64,000 bases of DNA from Argopecten irradians (Eukaryota), in assembly GCF_041381155.1 (NCBI RefSeq), contig NC_091142.1:29933528-29997527 (forward strand), given 5' to 3'. This document shows, one piece after another, positions 12,796 through 24,217 of this stretch (its first letter is position 1; each line of letters begins with the position of its first letter). The position numbers and the translations under genes are program-made. A model generated the notes under the pieces. That model saw only the letters and a program-made list of their open reading frames with translations, was not told where the DNA came from and did no database searches.

Positions 12796-14912
12796 TATCC
12801 CCACACCAAAACTTCAATACCAAAGAGCTGATTATTTTCGTGGACCAAAGTTTTGCAAATTTGAATTAAAATAAAGAAAATCATGTGTTAACAATTTAAA
12901 TTTTATAGCATTTATAGCAGTGTGCAGGGAAAATAGCATCCCCACAAAAATAACCGGCTGTACAGTATGTATTTTTATGTTTGTGGAGTTGATTGTGAGA
13001 ACAGTAAAAAATGAAGCACAGAAGTATGAAAATGATATAGTCTAGAAATTAGCAGTTGTCAAAAATGCTGGTAACAAATATATATTTGTAGTTTTAAGTT
13101 ACTGTTCATAGGGACACATGTATATGAGATTGGGGTGCTGATATGCAAGTCTATATCTATATATACAAGTCAACTGTACCGCACATAGCAGCAGATCCCC
13201 CAAAATCCATACGGGTATTACAAGCCCATGTGAGTAGACTTTAACCATTTCTTATGGAAATTATAGTGCGTTTAATTTTGCTGTCTTTATTAAACAAGTG
13301 GATCAAATATTACACCATGTCACTTTAAAGAAACAGCGCTCAGAGAAATTATACAAAAGCTTAAATTTCTACAATGAAACAGGAAATAAATATTCATATC
13401 AAAGAAACACAATTTAACAAAGGATGACAATTTATTGAAAATTCCACGTGCCCTAGGAAATAAATATCCTTATATGACTTGTTCCTTCTTCCTGAAATCA
13501 TTTTGTAAACTGCATGTTTAAATAATAGTATGATTGAGTGAATATGAAGTATACCTTTGTATACTTTACAAACAAATACATGTAAAATGGCACATAGATC
13601 ATTTTGTGATTTCACGTTGTTGTAAAACCAAAACGTCACATCAAATGTTAAATGATATATTTTGAAATTAGCATTCCAATATTTAAATGATTTCTATGTT
13701 GATAGATGTAAATTTATCTAAATCCTTCACTTATTACAATGTTCTACACCTACATATATTATTTATTCAAATCTAAACATGTCTTGTACAAACAATACAA
13801 ATAAATTTATAACACTTACTGTATACCTTCCATGCAATAGGCATGTGCCATAGCAAACTTCACACATCTAACTTGTAAACATTATACACATGGTTGAAAA
13901 GCCTTTCTTTTTATCATAATGAAATGAACATTAATATTGTGAAATTATGTATAGGTCTTGTATATCGAGGATGTATTACTACATGTATATGTGTTATTGA
14001 TGTCCTTGGCTTATGTATAATTTATAAATATATCAGAATTTAGTTCAAATAATCATAAATTACATTAAACTACAGGTACAAAGTCATTTAAAGACGCCAG
14101 AAGATTCTTTAGTTTTATACTCAAATTAAACTGAAAAAAGACCCTATAGATATACACTTATGACTATTATCTATTCAGCAAAAAAAAAAGAAGCTTTTTC
14201 ATAGTATTGGACTCAATCAGGGTTTGGCTTCATGATAAGAACTATAGAGAAAACATATGAGCAATCAATATCTACAGTTGTAATACTGTAATTAACCTAT
14301 ATTGTATTTCAGGTAATTAGTCTTATGGAGGTAAAAAAAAATATACGAAAATAATTTCATTCATAATGCCTTAATGGTAATTTTGAATTTATGAGATCCT
14401 TTTTCATACCTGAAAATAAAACCAAAAATATGTGTATACCTTTCACATTCTAGAATTTACTTCAATAGCAATCAATAATGACAAGCAAATTTGATAACAT
14501 CCTGTTCTTACTACATTTACTTACATTATTTATATGTTTTTTATACCAATTAATAATGACATGCCAATTTGATAATATCCTATTCTTATTTAAAATGTAC
14601 TTACCAATTAATAATGATGAGCCTTTAATATAACATCCTTTTAAATACTACATGTACAAACACAGTCATGTTCTATAACCAAGAAAGTAATATAGATTCT
14701 CGGAAAGGGTTAAACATGTCTTATGTTATAATTAGTAAGCATATACAATGTATATAGGTTATATCTAGTGGTTCATGCTGAACTAGACACAAACAAGTGC
14801 ACTAACAATTATAACTAGGACATCAGAAAGCCCATATTCTTCGGTCACCAGACAATGTGTCATGTACATAACCTGTCATGAACGATATATAATTGATAGC
14901 ATTACGCGTATG

Positions 14913-14933
14913 TATATATATATATATATATAT
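14913..14933. repeat. (TA)n microsatellite followed by CA-rich low complexity to ~15040
   Basis: tgtatatatatatatatatatatg then acacaaacacacg...acacacacgacacagac. Confidence 0.8.
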
Positions 14934-16476
14934 GCATTAATCGTTGGATCGTTCTCTATATGTATACACAGACATTTGCGAATATATACACAAACACACG
15001 TACTCAGAAATACACACACGACACAGACTTGTCGTAAAAAATAACAAAATAAAGAATGCTAACCTGGATAAAAGCACATTTGTGTGGCGGAAAGATGAAC
15101 TCAAAATGTCATTTTAAGGGTCGGTTTACCTGAATTATTACACCATGTCCTCACTTGACACTGATTTACAGGAAGGTGTTCCTAAATAACGTTTAAACAG
15201 TCGGTCACGGTTCAATTGGCATATCCTACCTTCCTTCCCGTTACCAATTGTCACCAATGCCGCGTACGTCAATAATCGTGGTCATCAGTACACTTCAATC
15301 GAACGTCTTACTAAGCGCCGCATGCTCAAGCGTATTAGAAACCAGGAACCTATCCATAAGAGGCGCCAAAGGGGAATTTTCATAAACAGTAATAAATTAA
15401 ACACAATTAATCAGCAAAAATAACAAGATTTACATTTGAAGGCTATATTGACATACATATCCACAACAGATTTAATTTTTTTTCTAATTCAAAGCTGTTT
15501 TGAAAGGATAGACTGATAAATTTTCGAAAACTTATAGGAAAATGTGTATTTTCAGAGATTTCAGGGTATTTTACATGTATAATAATCGAGACATACCAAT
15601 CCTCGATAGTTGTCATATTAACCCCTAGTCATAGTAAAATGAAAGCATTTAAGGAGAAACAAAAACTGTCCAATCACAATTAATTATATGATTATGTAAA
15701 AAGCGCGCGCAACTTCCAAAGCCATACATGCGTACAGTCATCCATTGTTTAACACCATTAGTAAAATACATTTTTGTAGCTACCACTGGTGCCACTGTCA
15801 ACCAACTAATTTTACCATTGGCACACCATTTGCTGACGGTCTAGAGCTTTAGAGTTTTGAGCGTTGGTAAGTTCGGATATTGACGTAATTTCAAGATGGC
15901 GACCTCCACGTCTAGATGTGTCAGTTTTCCCTCTAAATTTTATCATAAACGGGAAACTGAAATGTTGAAATAAATCAGTCGTCCAATTGTGCTAATGGTA
16001 ATTAATGCTACCAATGGGAATTAATGATTGGTAATAATGTTAACTTACTTTTCTGAGCACCATGGCCATTCTGGCACTAGGTCTATTGTGAATACAGAGA
16101 GATCGTAGGTATTACATGTAACGGGTTGACTGAATTTAGAAGAAGAATCGTTTGTTGCAGCTAGAATGTCGCAATATTGCAGATTTTGTGCCAGAAACTT
16201 TCCTTTCAAAACCACAGAAATCGTGACGCAAATACTAGAAACATCCTCCATAGAAATATATTGTCGCCATATATATATTTCTTTCTGTATCTACATATTT
16301 AGACCTGTTTGACGGAGACGATTGCCCAGAGTGGATGGACAATCCGGGATAAGAAATCAAAACTTAGTTGTTTTTTATTAGTTAATACAATACTATAGAG
16401 AGTTAATGGTAGATAGATGTGAGGACAACAGGTGTCAGTTCTGTGTCGGAATGATCATGAGAAGTGGCATCGCAAT

Positions 16477-16600
16477 TGTAGCGTCATTCAAGCACATGTT
16501 ATACACAAAACTGATGACATCATAAACCGGAAGTACCATTTTCAAGGGAGTGTTTATTATGGGGACAAACCATTATTTTAGTTTCTATATTATCGTTACA
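16477..16600 (-). repeat. 3' LTR (~124 bp; starts TGTAACGATA..., ends ...CGCTACA)
   Basis: ~90% identical to 20388-20579 apart from a ~70-bp indel; TG...CA termini. Confidence 0.7.
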
Positions 16601-16612
16601 TCCCCTTTCTTT
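16601..16612 (-). promoter_or_regulatory. Polypurine tract AAAGAAAGGGGA immediately upstream of 3' LTR
   Basis: reverse complement of tcccctttcttt abuts LTR start TG. Confidence 0.6.
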
Positions 16613-16835
16613 AACACTGTTCATAACTTACTATATTCATCAAGATCAGAGTCTCTTTCGCGATTGTGCCACTTTTACTTAATTCACAGTCTTCGCTGAA
16701 ATTAACATTAGCAAATAAACTATTAAAACAAAAAGAACAAAATAAGAAAAGTCTTTGGTAAATTGTCCCTTCAATCGAATGACTTGACAGACTTAGTTAC
16801 TGAACTGTTTATCACTTGCGCATAAAGTAAACATA

Positions 16836-17616
16836 TTATTCAAGGATAGTGGCACGTTTCATGAGACACACAAAGTCCTTCAAGTAACTTGGTCGATGTA
16901 CTTCTCGAGTCGATCTCCCTAGTGGAACCTCTACGACTGTCTGTTCATGCGTCCTTTGTGGCGGCCTCTCATCTCCTTCATTGACGTTCGTCATCGCTGG
17001 TTCAGACACCAAAATGGGTTGATTGTCATCCTCAGTGAAGACCTCTGGGGTCTTCTTGAGATGATGCCGATTTCTACGATATACTGACCTGTCCTCAGTT
17101 TTGACTGTGTATGATCTAATTTTCACCTTATCTTGCACGCTTGCTTTTGTCCATTCCTTCCCGAACTCAGTTGGTTTAATTCTGACTGTCCACCAGGCAT
17201 TAGTTCAGCCAATGCCTTGATACTTTTATCATAATATTGTTGTTGTTTGTCTTTTTCCTTCACTCAATTTCCTTCCGAGTTTGCGAGTTTGGAACCACAT
17301 TAGGCTCCAACAGCTTTGTTGTTAGCGGTAACAGCGTACGGGTGCGTCTTCCGTATAGCCGTTGGACAGGGGACGACTTGACAATTTCCCCTGGTGTGTT
17401 CCTCCAATCCAACATGGCCAAGTAGGGATCTGTCTTGTCCTTCTTGGATTTGTCAAGAATACGTTTGGCGGTTTTGATCGCGTTTTCCACTTTCCCGTTA
17501 GATTGCGCGTATCTTGGCGAACTAGTGACATGTTGAAACTCATAGGCCTTTGCAAAGTCAGAAAATTGTTTCCCGTTGAATGGTGGCCCATTATCAGACA
17601 TAACGACAACCTTCAA
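16836..17616 (-). CDS. Integrase (rve core ...SDNGPPFNGKQFSDFAKAYEFQHVTSSPRYAQSNGKVENAIKTAKRIL... plus C-terminal part in shifted frame 16836-17138)
   Basis: ORFs 17260-17616 and 16836-17138 minus; DDE-type integrase core motif resembling Gypsy HTTSSPYHPQTDGQTER. Confidence 0.7.
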
Positions 17617-17763
17617 CTTTCTGATTACCTCAGTGCCTTTCTTGTCATGGAGACGGTCGACTTAAAAAAATATGAATAATAATGGATAACGGTTAGAAGG
17701 AAGTCTTTCCCCATCCGAGTAGAACAGGTCAACGCCGACTTTTTCCCATGGTCTACTTGGTGT

Positions 17764-18012
17764 CTAATGCGATATCAGAGGTTCTCTGCTATTCTCCTGC
17801 GAATACGCATTGCACGTGTCACATGCCTGAAAAAACTCTTCAAAGAAAAATTTCAATACCGGCGCATCGGATAATGCTTCCTTGATTTCATCAAAAGCCT
17901 TGCCTTGAACAGTCGCGTCCCTCATAAATTCTGAATCCTTTTTCAAAAGGTCACGTAATGGAGTACTCATCTCTGACATTCGCGGTGCAAACTGTTGCAC
18001 AAAGTTTATCAT
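17764..18012 (-). CDS. RT thumb/connection fragment
   Basis: ORF between RT and IN, frame-shifted relative to both. Confidence 0.4.
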   Translation of the reverse strand: MINFVQQFAPRMSEMSTPLRDLLKKDSEFMRDATVQGKAFDEIKEALSDAPVLKFFFEEFFQACDTCNAYSQENSREPLISH

Positions 18013-18031
18013 GCCTCACAAGCGTTGTACT

Positions 18032-19216
18032 CTAGCTTTGTCTTTCGGAACGGGCATTTCGGTGATGGATTTCACTTTCATGTCCCAAATACGTCACAGT
18101 GCTTAGGCGCAACTTTAACTTGTCTTTGTTGATTTTTATGTTCTCGTCACGACATCTGTCAAATAAAGCCTGAAGTTTTCGATCGTGATCATGCTTTGCT
18201 TCTTCATCTGTGTCACCACATCCGAACACAACAATCTCATCGTGTATCGCCTTAACTCCTTCTAATCCTTCAAGTGCCTCGTCCAATCTCCGCTGAAATT
18301 CCTCTGGGGCAGGTGAGATGCCAAAAGGCATTCTGAGCCATCGATACCGGCCCCAAGGGGTTCCAAATGTCGTCAAATAACTGCTCTCTTCGTCTAGCTC
18401 AACATGCCAAAACCCGTCCTTTGCATAAACTACCGAAAATATGCGTGCTTTGTTCAACTCGGGAAGGATGTCTTCTATGGTTGGCATAGCATAATGATTC
18501 CTTTTAAGTGCCTGGTTTAATGGTTTGGGGTCAATACAAAGTCTCAACTTTCCGTTCGGCTTTTTCACGATTACGATTGATGAGATCCAATCTGTTGGAG
18601 TGTTTACAGGCACAATCACACCAATATTGGTCAGCCTACTGAGTTCAGTTCGAAAATCATCCTTTATCGCCACAGGGGGCCGGCGCACAGGTATTTTCGA
18701 AGGTGTAACATGAGGATCTACTTCAAGATGCAGTTTTCCTCTCAACTTTCCGAGTCCTTCGAAAATTGTCCTGTCAGCTTTCACTTTTGACACATTTTCA
18801 GTCGATGAATCCGTTGTCAGTGGTAACTGACTTGTGACTTGTGATTCATTATCCACTGGCAACGAAGCATTTGATGTGGAGACGATCGGCACGTGAGCGG
18901 ATGACTTAAGTTGTAGAACTTCTTCCTTTGGAACCTCAGCCCTCGAGTATAGGTTTTGTGTGTTCAGTGTTATTAAGTCCATTGCTTGTATAACGCGGGA
19001 CCCTAAAATTGGCTTCACTTTTGCATCTACAATTACAAACTCGACCGAATACCATCTCCCATTTTTTGGGTTGATGATTTGAACTCGTCGGGCCCCGATT
19101 GGAGACATTTCAGAGTTATTGAACATGACAAGCGTTACACCTGTCTCTACTAAGTGTTCCAACTGAGGATCCTCAAAGACTTCCATATAGATAGATTTGG
19201 GCAACGCGACATTCAA
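18032..19216 (-). CDS. Protease + reverse transcriptase (RT motifs ...VKKPNGKLRLCIDPKPLNQALKRNHYAMP... YAKDGFWHVELDEESSYLTTFGTPWGRYRWLRMPFGISPAPEEFQRRL...)
   Basis: 394-aa ORF; RT_LTR-like motifs read directly; N-terminal part has retropepsin-like region. Confidence 0.8.
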   Translation of the reverse strand: MNVALPKSIYMEVFEDPQLEHLVETGVTLVMFNNSEMSPIGARRVQIINPKNGRWYSVEFVIVDAKVKPILGSRVIQAMDLITLNTQNLYSRAEVPKEEVLQLKSSAHVPIVSTSNASLPVDNESQVTSQLPLTTDSSTENVSKVKADRTIFEGLGKLRGKLHLEVDPHVTPSKIPVRRPPVAIKDDFRTELSRLTNIGVIVPVNTPTDWISSIVIVKKPNGKLRLCIDPKPLNQALKRNHYAMPTIEDILPELNKARIFSVVYAKDGFWHVELDEESSYLTTFGTPWGRYRWLRMPFGISPAPEEFQRRLDEALEGLEGVKAIHDEIVVFGCGDTDEEAKHDHDRKLQALFDRCRDENIKINKDKLKLRLSTVTYLGHESEIHHRNARSERQS

Positions 19217-19496
19217 TTAAAATGCCCTTTGTTTCAATTATGGTATATAACTTGGTTGGTATCTCCTCATGTTTTATGGTGTTTACCTCCTTTCGATCGA
19301 TTGTGAAACAAAAGTCATCATCTGAACTCTCGTTTGTAGCCTCCACGTAATATACCTTTGGTTTTAATCTCCGACCAGGACGTCCATTTCCTTGATTTTG
19401 TCTTTGACCTTGACCTTGGTGAGGTCTTGACCTACATTTCTTTGCAAATTGATTCAGCATTCCGCAGATCGCACACGTTTCTGTCATGCCAGGCAC
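19173..19496 (-). CDS. Gag nucleocapsid fragment with CCHC zinc knuckle (CAICGMLNQFAKKC)
   Basis: ORF 19173-19496 minus. Confidence 0.6.
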   Translation of the reverse strand: MPGMTETCAICGMLNQFAKKCRSRPHQGQGQRQNQGNGRPGRRLKPKVYYVEATNESSDDDFCFTIDRKEVNTIKHEEIPTKLYTIIETKGILIECRVAQIYLYGSL

Positions 19497-19798
19497 CGTT
19501 CGCGCTCGTTTACATGATTGTACCTACAATTGCCACAATTCATTATCTGTTTTTGAGAATTTCTCTTTCCATTACTCGTTTGCGGACGTTTCTGTGGTTG
19601 AGCGTTATCAGCTGCTTTCTTTCCGCATACCTTAACCTCTTCATTTGTAATGTCTTTCATGTATTGAACTGATTTCTCAAATGAACGGCAAATGTCAATA
19701 CACCTATGCAATGTCAGTGACTGATCCTGCAGGAGTTTTTTTCTTGTAGCATTTTCCCGAACCCCCATAACGATCCGATCTCTGATAAGACTTTCCTC

Positions 19799-20230
19799 TT
19801 ATGCACCATAGCTACATGTCTTTGCAAGGGACCTTAATGCTGCGACATACGCATCTATTGTTTCCCCTTGTTCCTGACTCCTGTTATTAAAGAGGTAACG
19901 TTCATAAGTCTCATTAGTCTGTCCAATGTAGAACTTTTCGAATTTGTCCAACACTTTGTCTACATCTGTTTTGTCGTCATCGTTGTCAAATGTGAGGCCA
20001 TCATATATTTGTAATGCACCTGGCCCTATACAAGTTAGCAGAGTAGTATTTCTCAGTTCTTTAGTTTTGTGTTTTAGGCCACTCGCGATCTCATAATTGT
20101 CCCAAATAGGACGGAATTTTTTCCAGTTAGCACATAAATTGCCTCGTAAGTTTAGCGCTGTGGGAACGGGAAGGTTTGCAGGAGCTTGTACGACAATGGC
20201 AACGGCATTTATTTTGGCATGGGAAGTCAT
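19799..20230 (-). CDS. Gag capsid-like ORF (143 aa)
   Basis: first ORF downstream of PBS in element orientation. Confidence 0.5.
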   Translation of the reverse strand: MTSHAKINAVAIVVQAPANLPVPTALNLRGNLCANWKKFRPIWDNYEIASGLKHKTKELRNTTLLTCIGPGALQIYDGLTFDNDDDKTDVDKVLDKFEKFYIGQTNETYERYLFNNRSQEQGETIDAYVAALRSLAKTCSYGA

Positions 20231-20360
20231 GGGAATTGTACTGGAGGTTGTGTTGTATTACCAGTCGCCATTTTTACGGATACGGTGATGTTTGCACTTG
20301 AGTTAGGTTTTACCGTTTCACTTTGTGTTCATTATTTGACATTCGTCACTTCGTTTGAAT

Positions 20361-20387
20361 CTCCCAGTCTTACCACTTCTGACACCA
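20361..20387 (-). promoter_or_regulatory. Primer binding site TGGTGTCAGAAGTGGTAAGACTGGGAG directly after LTR ...CA
   Basis: reverse complement of 20361-20387; begins TGG as expected for tRNA 3' CCA complement. Confidence 0.55.
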
Positions 20388-20579
20388 TGTAGCGTCATTC
20401 ATGATGTTTGTGATCGACATAAACCCAACGCACTTATCAGCTTGACTGTATTCATTCTCCATCATAACAAGCACATGGTATACACAAAACCGGTGACATC
20501 ATAAACCGGAAGTACCATTTTCAAGGGAGTGTCTATTATGGGGAGAAACCATTATTGTAGTTTCTATATTATCGTTATA
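20388..20579 (-). repeat. 5' LTR (~192 bp)
   Basis: homologous to 16477-16600. Confidence 0.7.
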
Positions 20580-20799
20580 GCAATGTCTATGTAATGGAAG
20601 CAGGAAGGGCGTTCCATTGGGCTATGGTGTGCGAAAAGTAAAACTATTTAAGAGTGTCAGTAGAAGTTGGTATTAGCCTAAAACTTTGATTGTTTATTGC
20701 ATGCGCTGCTGATGATAGCAACGAAATCTAGAGCGTTTGTGGTAGGAACTGCTAAGTGACAGTGAATGACTTTAGAAAACTAAGAAGGAGTTTCAAACA

Positions 20800-22200
20800 C
20801 CTTTGTGATGGGAATGACCTATGGAGTGTATTAATCATATCTGTTACACTCTCAGTTGTTCGATTATTATTTAGCTAAAACATGTCTTGTTGCTCGTCTT
20901 TGAACTTTTTTAGGATATATAACATGTTTTGTATGGGGATCCCATACACAACCAGCGCACTCAAGTTTGGGTTTTACAAGTGAAAAGTAGGCTTTGGATT
21001 GAATGTTGGTATTTGAAATTTGTAAGTTTCTCCTGATGAAACCAAAGGATTTGTTACCATTAGATGTCATGTTGTTGCAGTGGATGTTCGATTTCAAATG
21101 TGATCGGAGGATTAGATAATTTGCTGATGATACAGATTCTAGGATGTTGTCGAGTAGGATGTAGTGATGTTTTATAGGAGTTCTTTTTGTGGTAACTGCC
21201 ATGGAAGACATTTTTCTGGATGGAAGACTATAAACCAATCTGCTTCCCATCTGGCTGCAGCGTCAAGGTCTAATTACTGAAGTTTTATGCAATCATATAT
21301 GATTCGTATTTCTTTGTAGACGATCCTATCAGCAGCAAACAAACGGAGGGTACTATGTTGATGATATAATGAGAGACAGGACAGGTCTGGAGAGTGTGTC
21401 CTGTGAAACCCCTGGTGTTACGTATACTGGGATGCTTTCGGAGGAGACACCATCAATCACTACTGACTGGGAGCGGTTGTGTAAGAAGGATGAGCCCCAG
21501 TTTAAGGTGGATGACTGGATGCCATAAAATTCGAGCTGGTATAAAAGGAGACTATGCGACACTTTATCGAACGTATTTGAAAAATGTATCAGTATAGGTC
21601 AATTTGAATACCTTTGTCGTTCTTTGTTGCGAGGTGATGGATAAAATCAAGTAGCTGGGACACATATGATCGGGATTTGCGGAACTCATTCTGTAGATTG
21701 CTGATAATTTTATTTTATTCGAGACGTTTCATGATATTACTAGTAATGATGTGCGCAATGATCTTACACCATATGTAGGCGAGGGATATAGGTCGAGAGT
21801 TTCCTGGGGTGTACTTTTAACCCTTTTTATAGACTGGTGGGTGCCGCATTTGCTTTATTCCAATCGGAGAGTATTTTGCCAGTGCTTAGAGATTTGGTAA
21901 ATATAATATGTAGAATAGGGGCTCTGGTATATTTTAACTCCTTAAACACGTATTCGACCACTGATGCTACATGTATCTGGCCCACTGGTCTAACGAAGAT
22001 TTAGGTTATGATGCGTTTATACAGATGCTAACATAAGGCATGGGTTGGGGGGGCGACTTGGACCTTTGTCTGGTAAAGGCAGATTCAGCTGTAAAGTCTG
22101 AATGGTGACGGTTATGAATGTTTGCTGTCTCGGTGTTGTCGGTGATGACAAGGCCTGCGTGTTTTAGTGGTGGAATAAATGTTTCCTTTGACACCATACT
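20800..22200 (-). mobile_element. Non-LTR (LINE, CR1/L2/Jockey-like) ORF2 fragment, pseudogenised: RT motif region and conserved C-terminal LEY/KVQRRATR block
   Basis: ORF 21353-21562 (...TPGVSQDTLSRPVLSLIISST resembling GVPQGSVLGPLLF), ORF 20867-21250 (...KAYFSLVKPKLECAGCVWDPHTKHVIYPKKVQRRATR), ORF 22006-22197 (GLVITDNTETANIHNRHHSDFT resembling LINE ...TD..EKA..LN.YF.SVFT). Confidence 0.7.
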
Positions 22201-22597
22201 TGTTTTATAAGAATTGAACTTCTTGGGATTTGATTTGATCTACTAGAAGGTCACATATGATTTGTTCAATGCGTTCTAGTTGGACTGTCTTAACTCCCTC
22301 TGTATTGTTTGTTTTATTTCTTTATACTTTAATGGACAAGATTGTTTTCTTTGGTCTAGATTGCTTTTCTTGTTAATTAGTCTTTATATGGTGTTAGTGA
22401 CCCTGGGGTTTGTGTTTGTTTGTATGTGAGCATTTCGGTAGGATTGTCTTTTTCTATGTAATATATAAACTGACTTCTTAAGAAATATTCCGTAGATCGA
22501 AACATGATGCTTCAATCACCGATTCATTCATAGGTTTAAGAATTTTATCTAGATCATCTTTTATTTCAAACTCAGTTCGCCTTAAAGAACTTCCTTT

Positions 22598-22692
22598 GCG
22601 CATTCTTCCTTGGGGCATTCTTCCTTGGGGCATTCTTCCTTGGGGCATTCTCTTGGGCATTCTTCTTGGGGCATTCTTCCTTGGGGCATTTT
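22598..22692. repeat. Minisatellite (GGGGCATTCTTCCTTG)n, ~6 units
   Basis: direct reading; creates spurious RMPQG repeats in ORF 22478-22777. Confidence 0.85.
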
Positions 22693-23758
22693 TAAGCTGA
22701 ATTCTAATTCGCCTTAGCCAGATGTCAAAGATGCATGTGTACCATGTCATGATCTGCGTTACCAGTCGAGGGTGCAATACTGACTTTATTTACATCAGAT
22801 GATTTGTAGGACTATGGTTGATGAAAACAGAATTTTATCTTGTCCTGATGTTTTGTCTACAACTTGAGTAAGGCCCTGATCTTGTGCCAACTCGAGAAGT
22901 GTGGTATGAAGGTCTACGAGGGCCTACCTGAAATGTGGAACAATTTACCCCCAGTCAAGGTTAAAGTCTTCGCTAAGACATACGGTAGAGTTTGAGTTGT
23001 GTTTTAACTTTTCAATGCATGATTTGAGATTTTTTCACAGAAATAAATTTACAAAAGAGTGGTCAATAGCAGCTGCCAATCACCAATTTTCTGGATCCAG
23101 TGATGTCAATTTTGACCAATACGATTTCGCAGTTTTCAACTTAACAATCAGTACACCTCCACGACACTGACCCATTTTGTTAGGGGTTCGATCAGTTCTG
23201 TAAACGTTGATACTGAGAACTCTATTTTGGAGAAAACATCATAAGATGGGAAGCTTTAGTCTAGCCAGGTGTCGGTGCCTAGCACAATATCTATTTTCTG
23301 GAGTTGAGGATAACCAGTAACGATTTTTTTTTTATCAATTGGAAATTTTACAGTTATTACGTTGGAATGTTTCTTAAGCTTATTTATATAAGCAATGAAA
23401 TTTCGGGGTTTTGGGGATGAGCCCACAGTGGGTAAACTAGGACTGCTTAACTTGGAGCATGTTCTGATATTTGCAAACTGGTTTTCAAAATGCTGTATGA
23501 AGAGTTGAAGAATGGTATTGATGTTAATTGTATCATATCAAACCAATCGCTGACTATATTTATTTGGAAACCAGGTGGAATAGGCTCTGCCGGAAAAATT
23601 TACGTGCATTCCCATTTATTGATGTAATTCTATCCGTTCTAATAATTAGAGAGCCCGATATCTTTCATAGTCGTTGATAACCGTTTGGTTAAACCTCTAC
23701 ACACAATACTTTAAGTTGCGCCGTTGCCAAATTTCGCCACAAAACCAACAAATGGAAC

Positions 23759-24217
23759 TTACAGCCCCTCCAGATGTCCATGGAAATCAGGATTATGACA
23801 TAGACGTGACACCACAACATGTGTTTTTCCCATTTGTGCTACAGGCATGGACAGTGTAGTACAAGTACATTCTGTTGGCATCTGTTTGTTTGCAGTGGTA
23901 CTACCCGTAAAAACCCATTTTTTTTTATTATTGCCATATTTGCCCGTTTGGGGAATCCATAGCTGTTGTTCAGCATGAGTGACCTTTATGTAATAGGGTT
24001 TCTCGTATGTGTATTGTAATTTTAGCGATGTCTTGGAATGGTGATCCTTCAACGTAGACTTCACAAATCCCCAGACTTTCGCAAATGCTTGCTTGGTAGT
24101 GGAGGGAGTTTCTGCCGCGTTGATATGCACTGAATCAGTGCTAATGTGTTCTTTGATTACCAAAGTAAAACTGAAACTACATACTAGGCGGTTAAATAAC
24201 CGACAAGAATAAGGCAA
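23759..24217 (-). CDS. Unassigned 152-aa ORF (possibly TE-derived), no recognisable domain
   Basis: ORF track only. Confidence 0.2.
   Translation of the reverse strand: MPYSCRLFNRLVCSFSFTLVIKEHISTDSVHINAAETPSTTKQAFAKVWGFVKSTLKDHHSKTSLKLQYTYEKPYYIKVTHAEQQLWIPQTGKYGNNKKKWVFTGSTTANKQMPTECTCTTLSMPVAQMGKTHVVVSRLCHNPDFHGHLEGL

Larger units (their letters stand above)
16477..20579 (-). mobile_element. Degenerate LTR retrotransposon (gag-PR-RT-RH?-IN order, Ty3/Gypsy or BEL/Pao type), frameshifted, with short LTRs
   Basis: Direct repeats 16477-16600 and 20388-20579 flank minus-strand ORFs for gag capsid, CCHC knuckle, DTG-type protease/RT, RT-connection and integrase; PBS and PPT adjacent to LTRs. 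Confidence 0.85.

Noticed and set aside
17362..17679. Plus-strand 105-aa ORF and other small ORFs across 17237-17679
   Set aside because: Antisense or alternative frames of the integrase region of the LTR element
22478..22777. ORF with RMPQG repeats
   Set aside because: Generated by the GGGGCATTCTTCCTTG minisatellite
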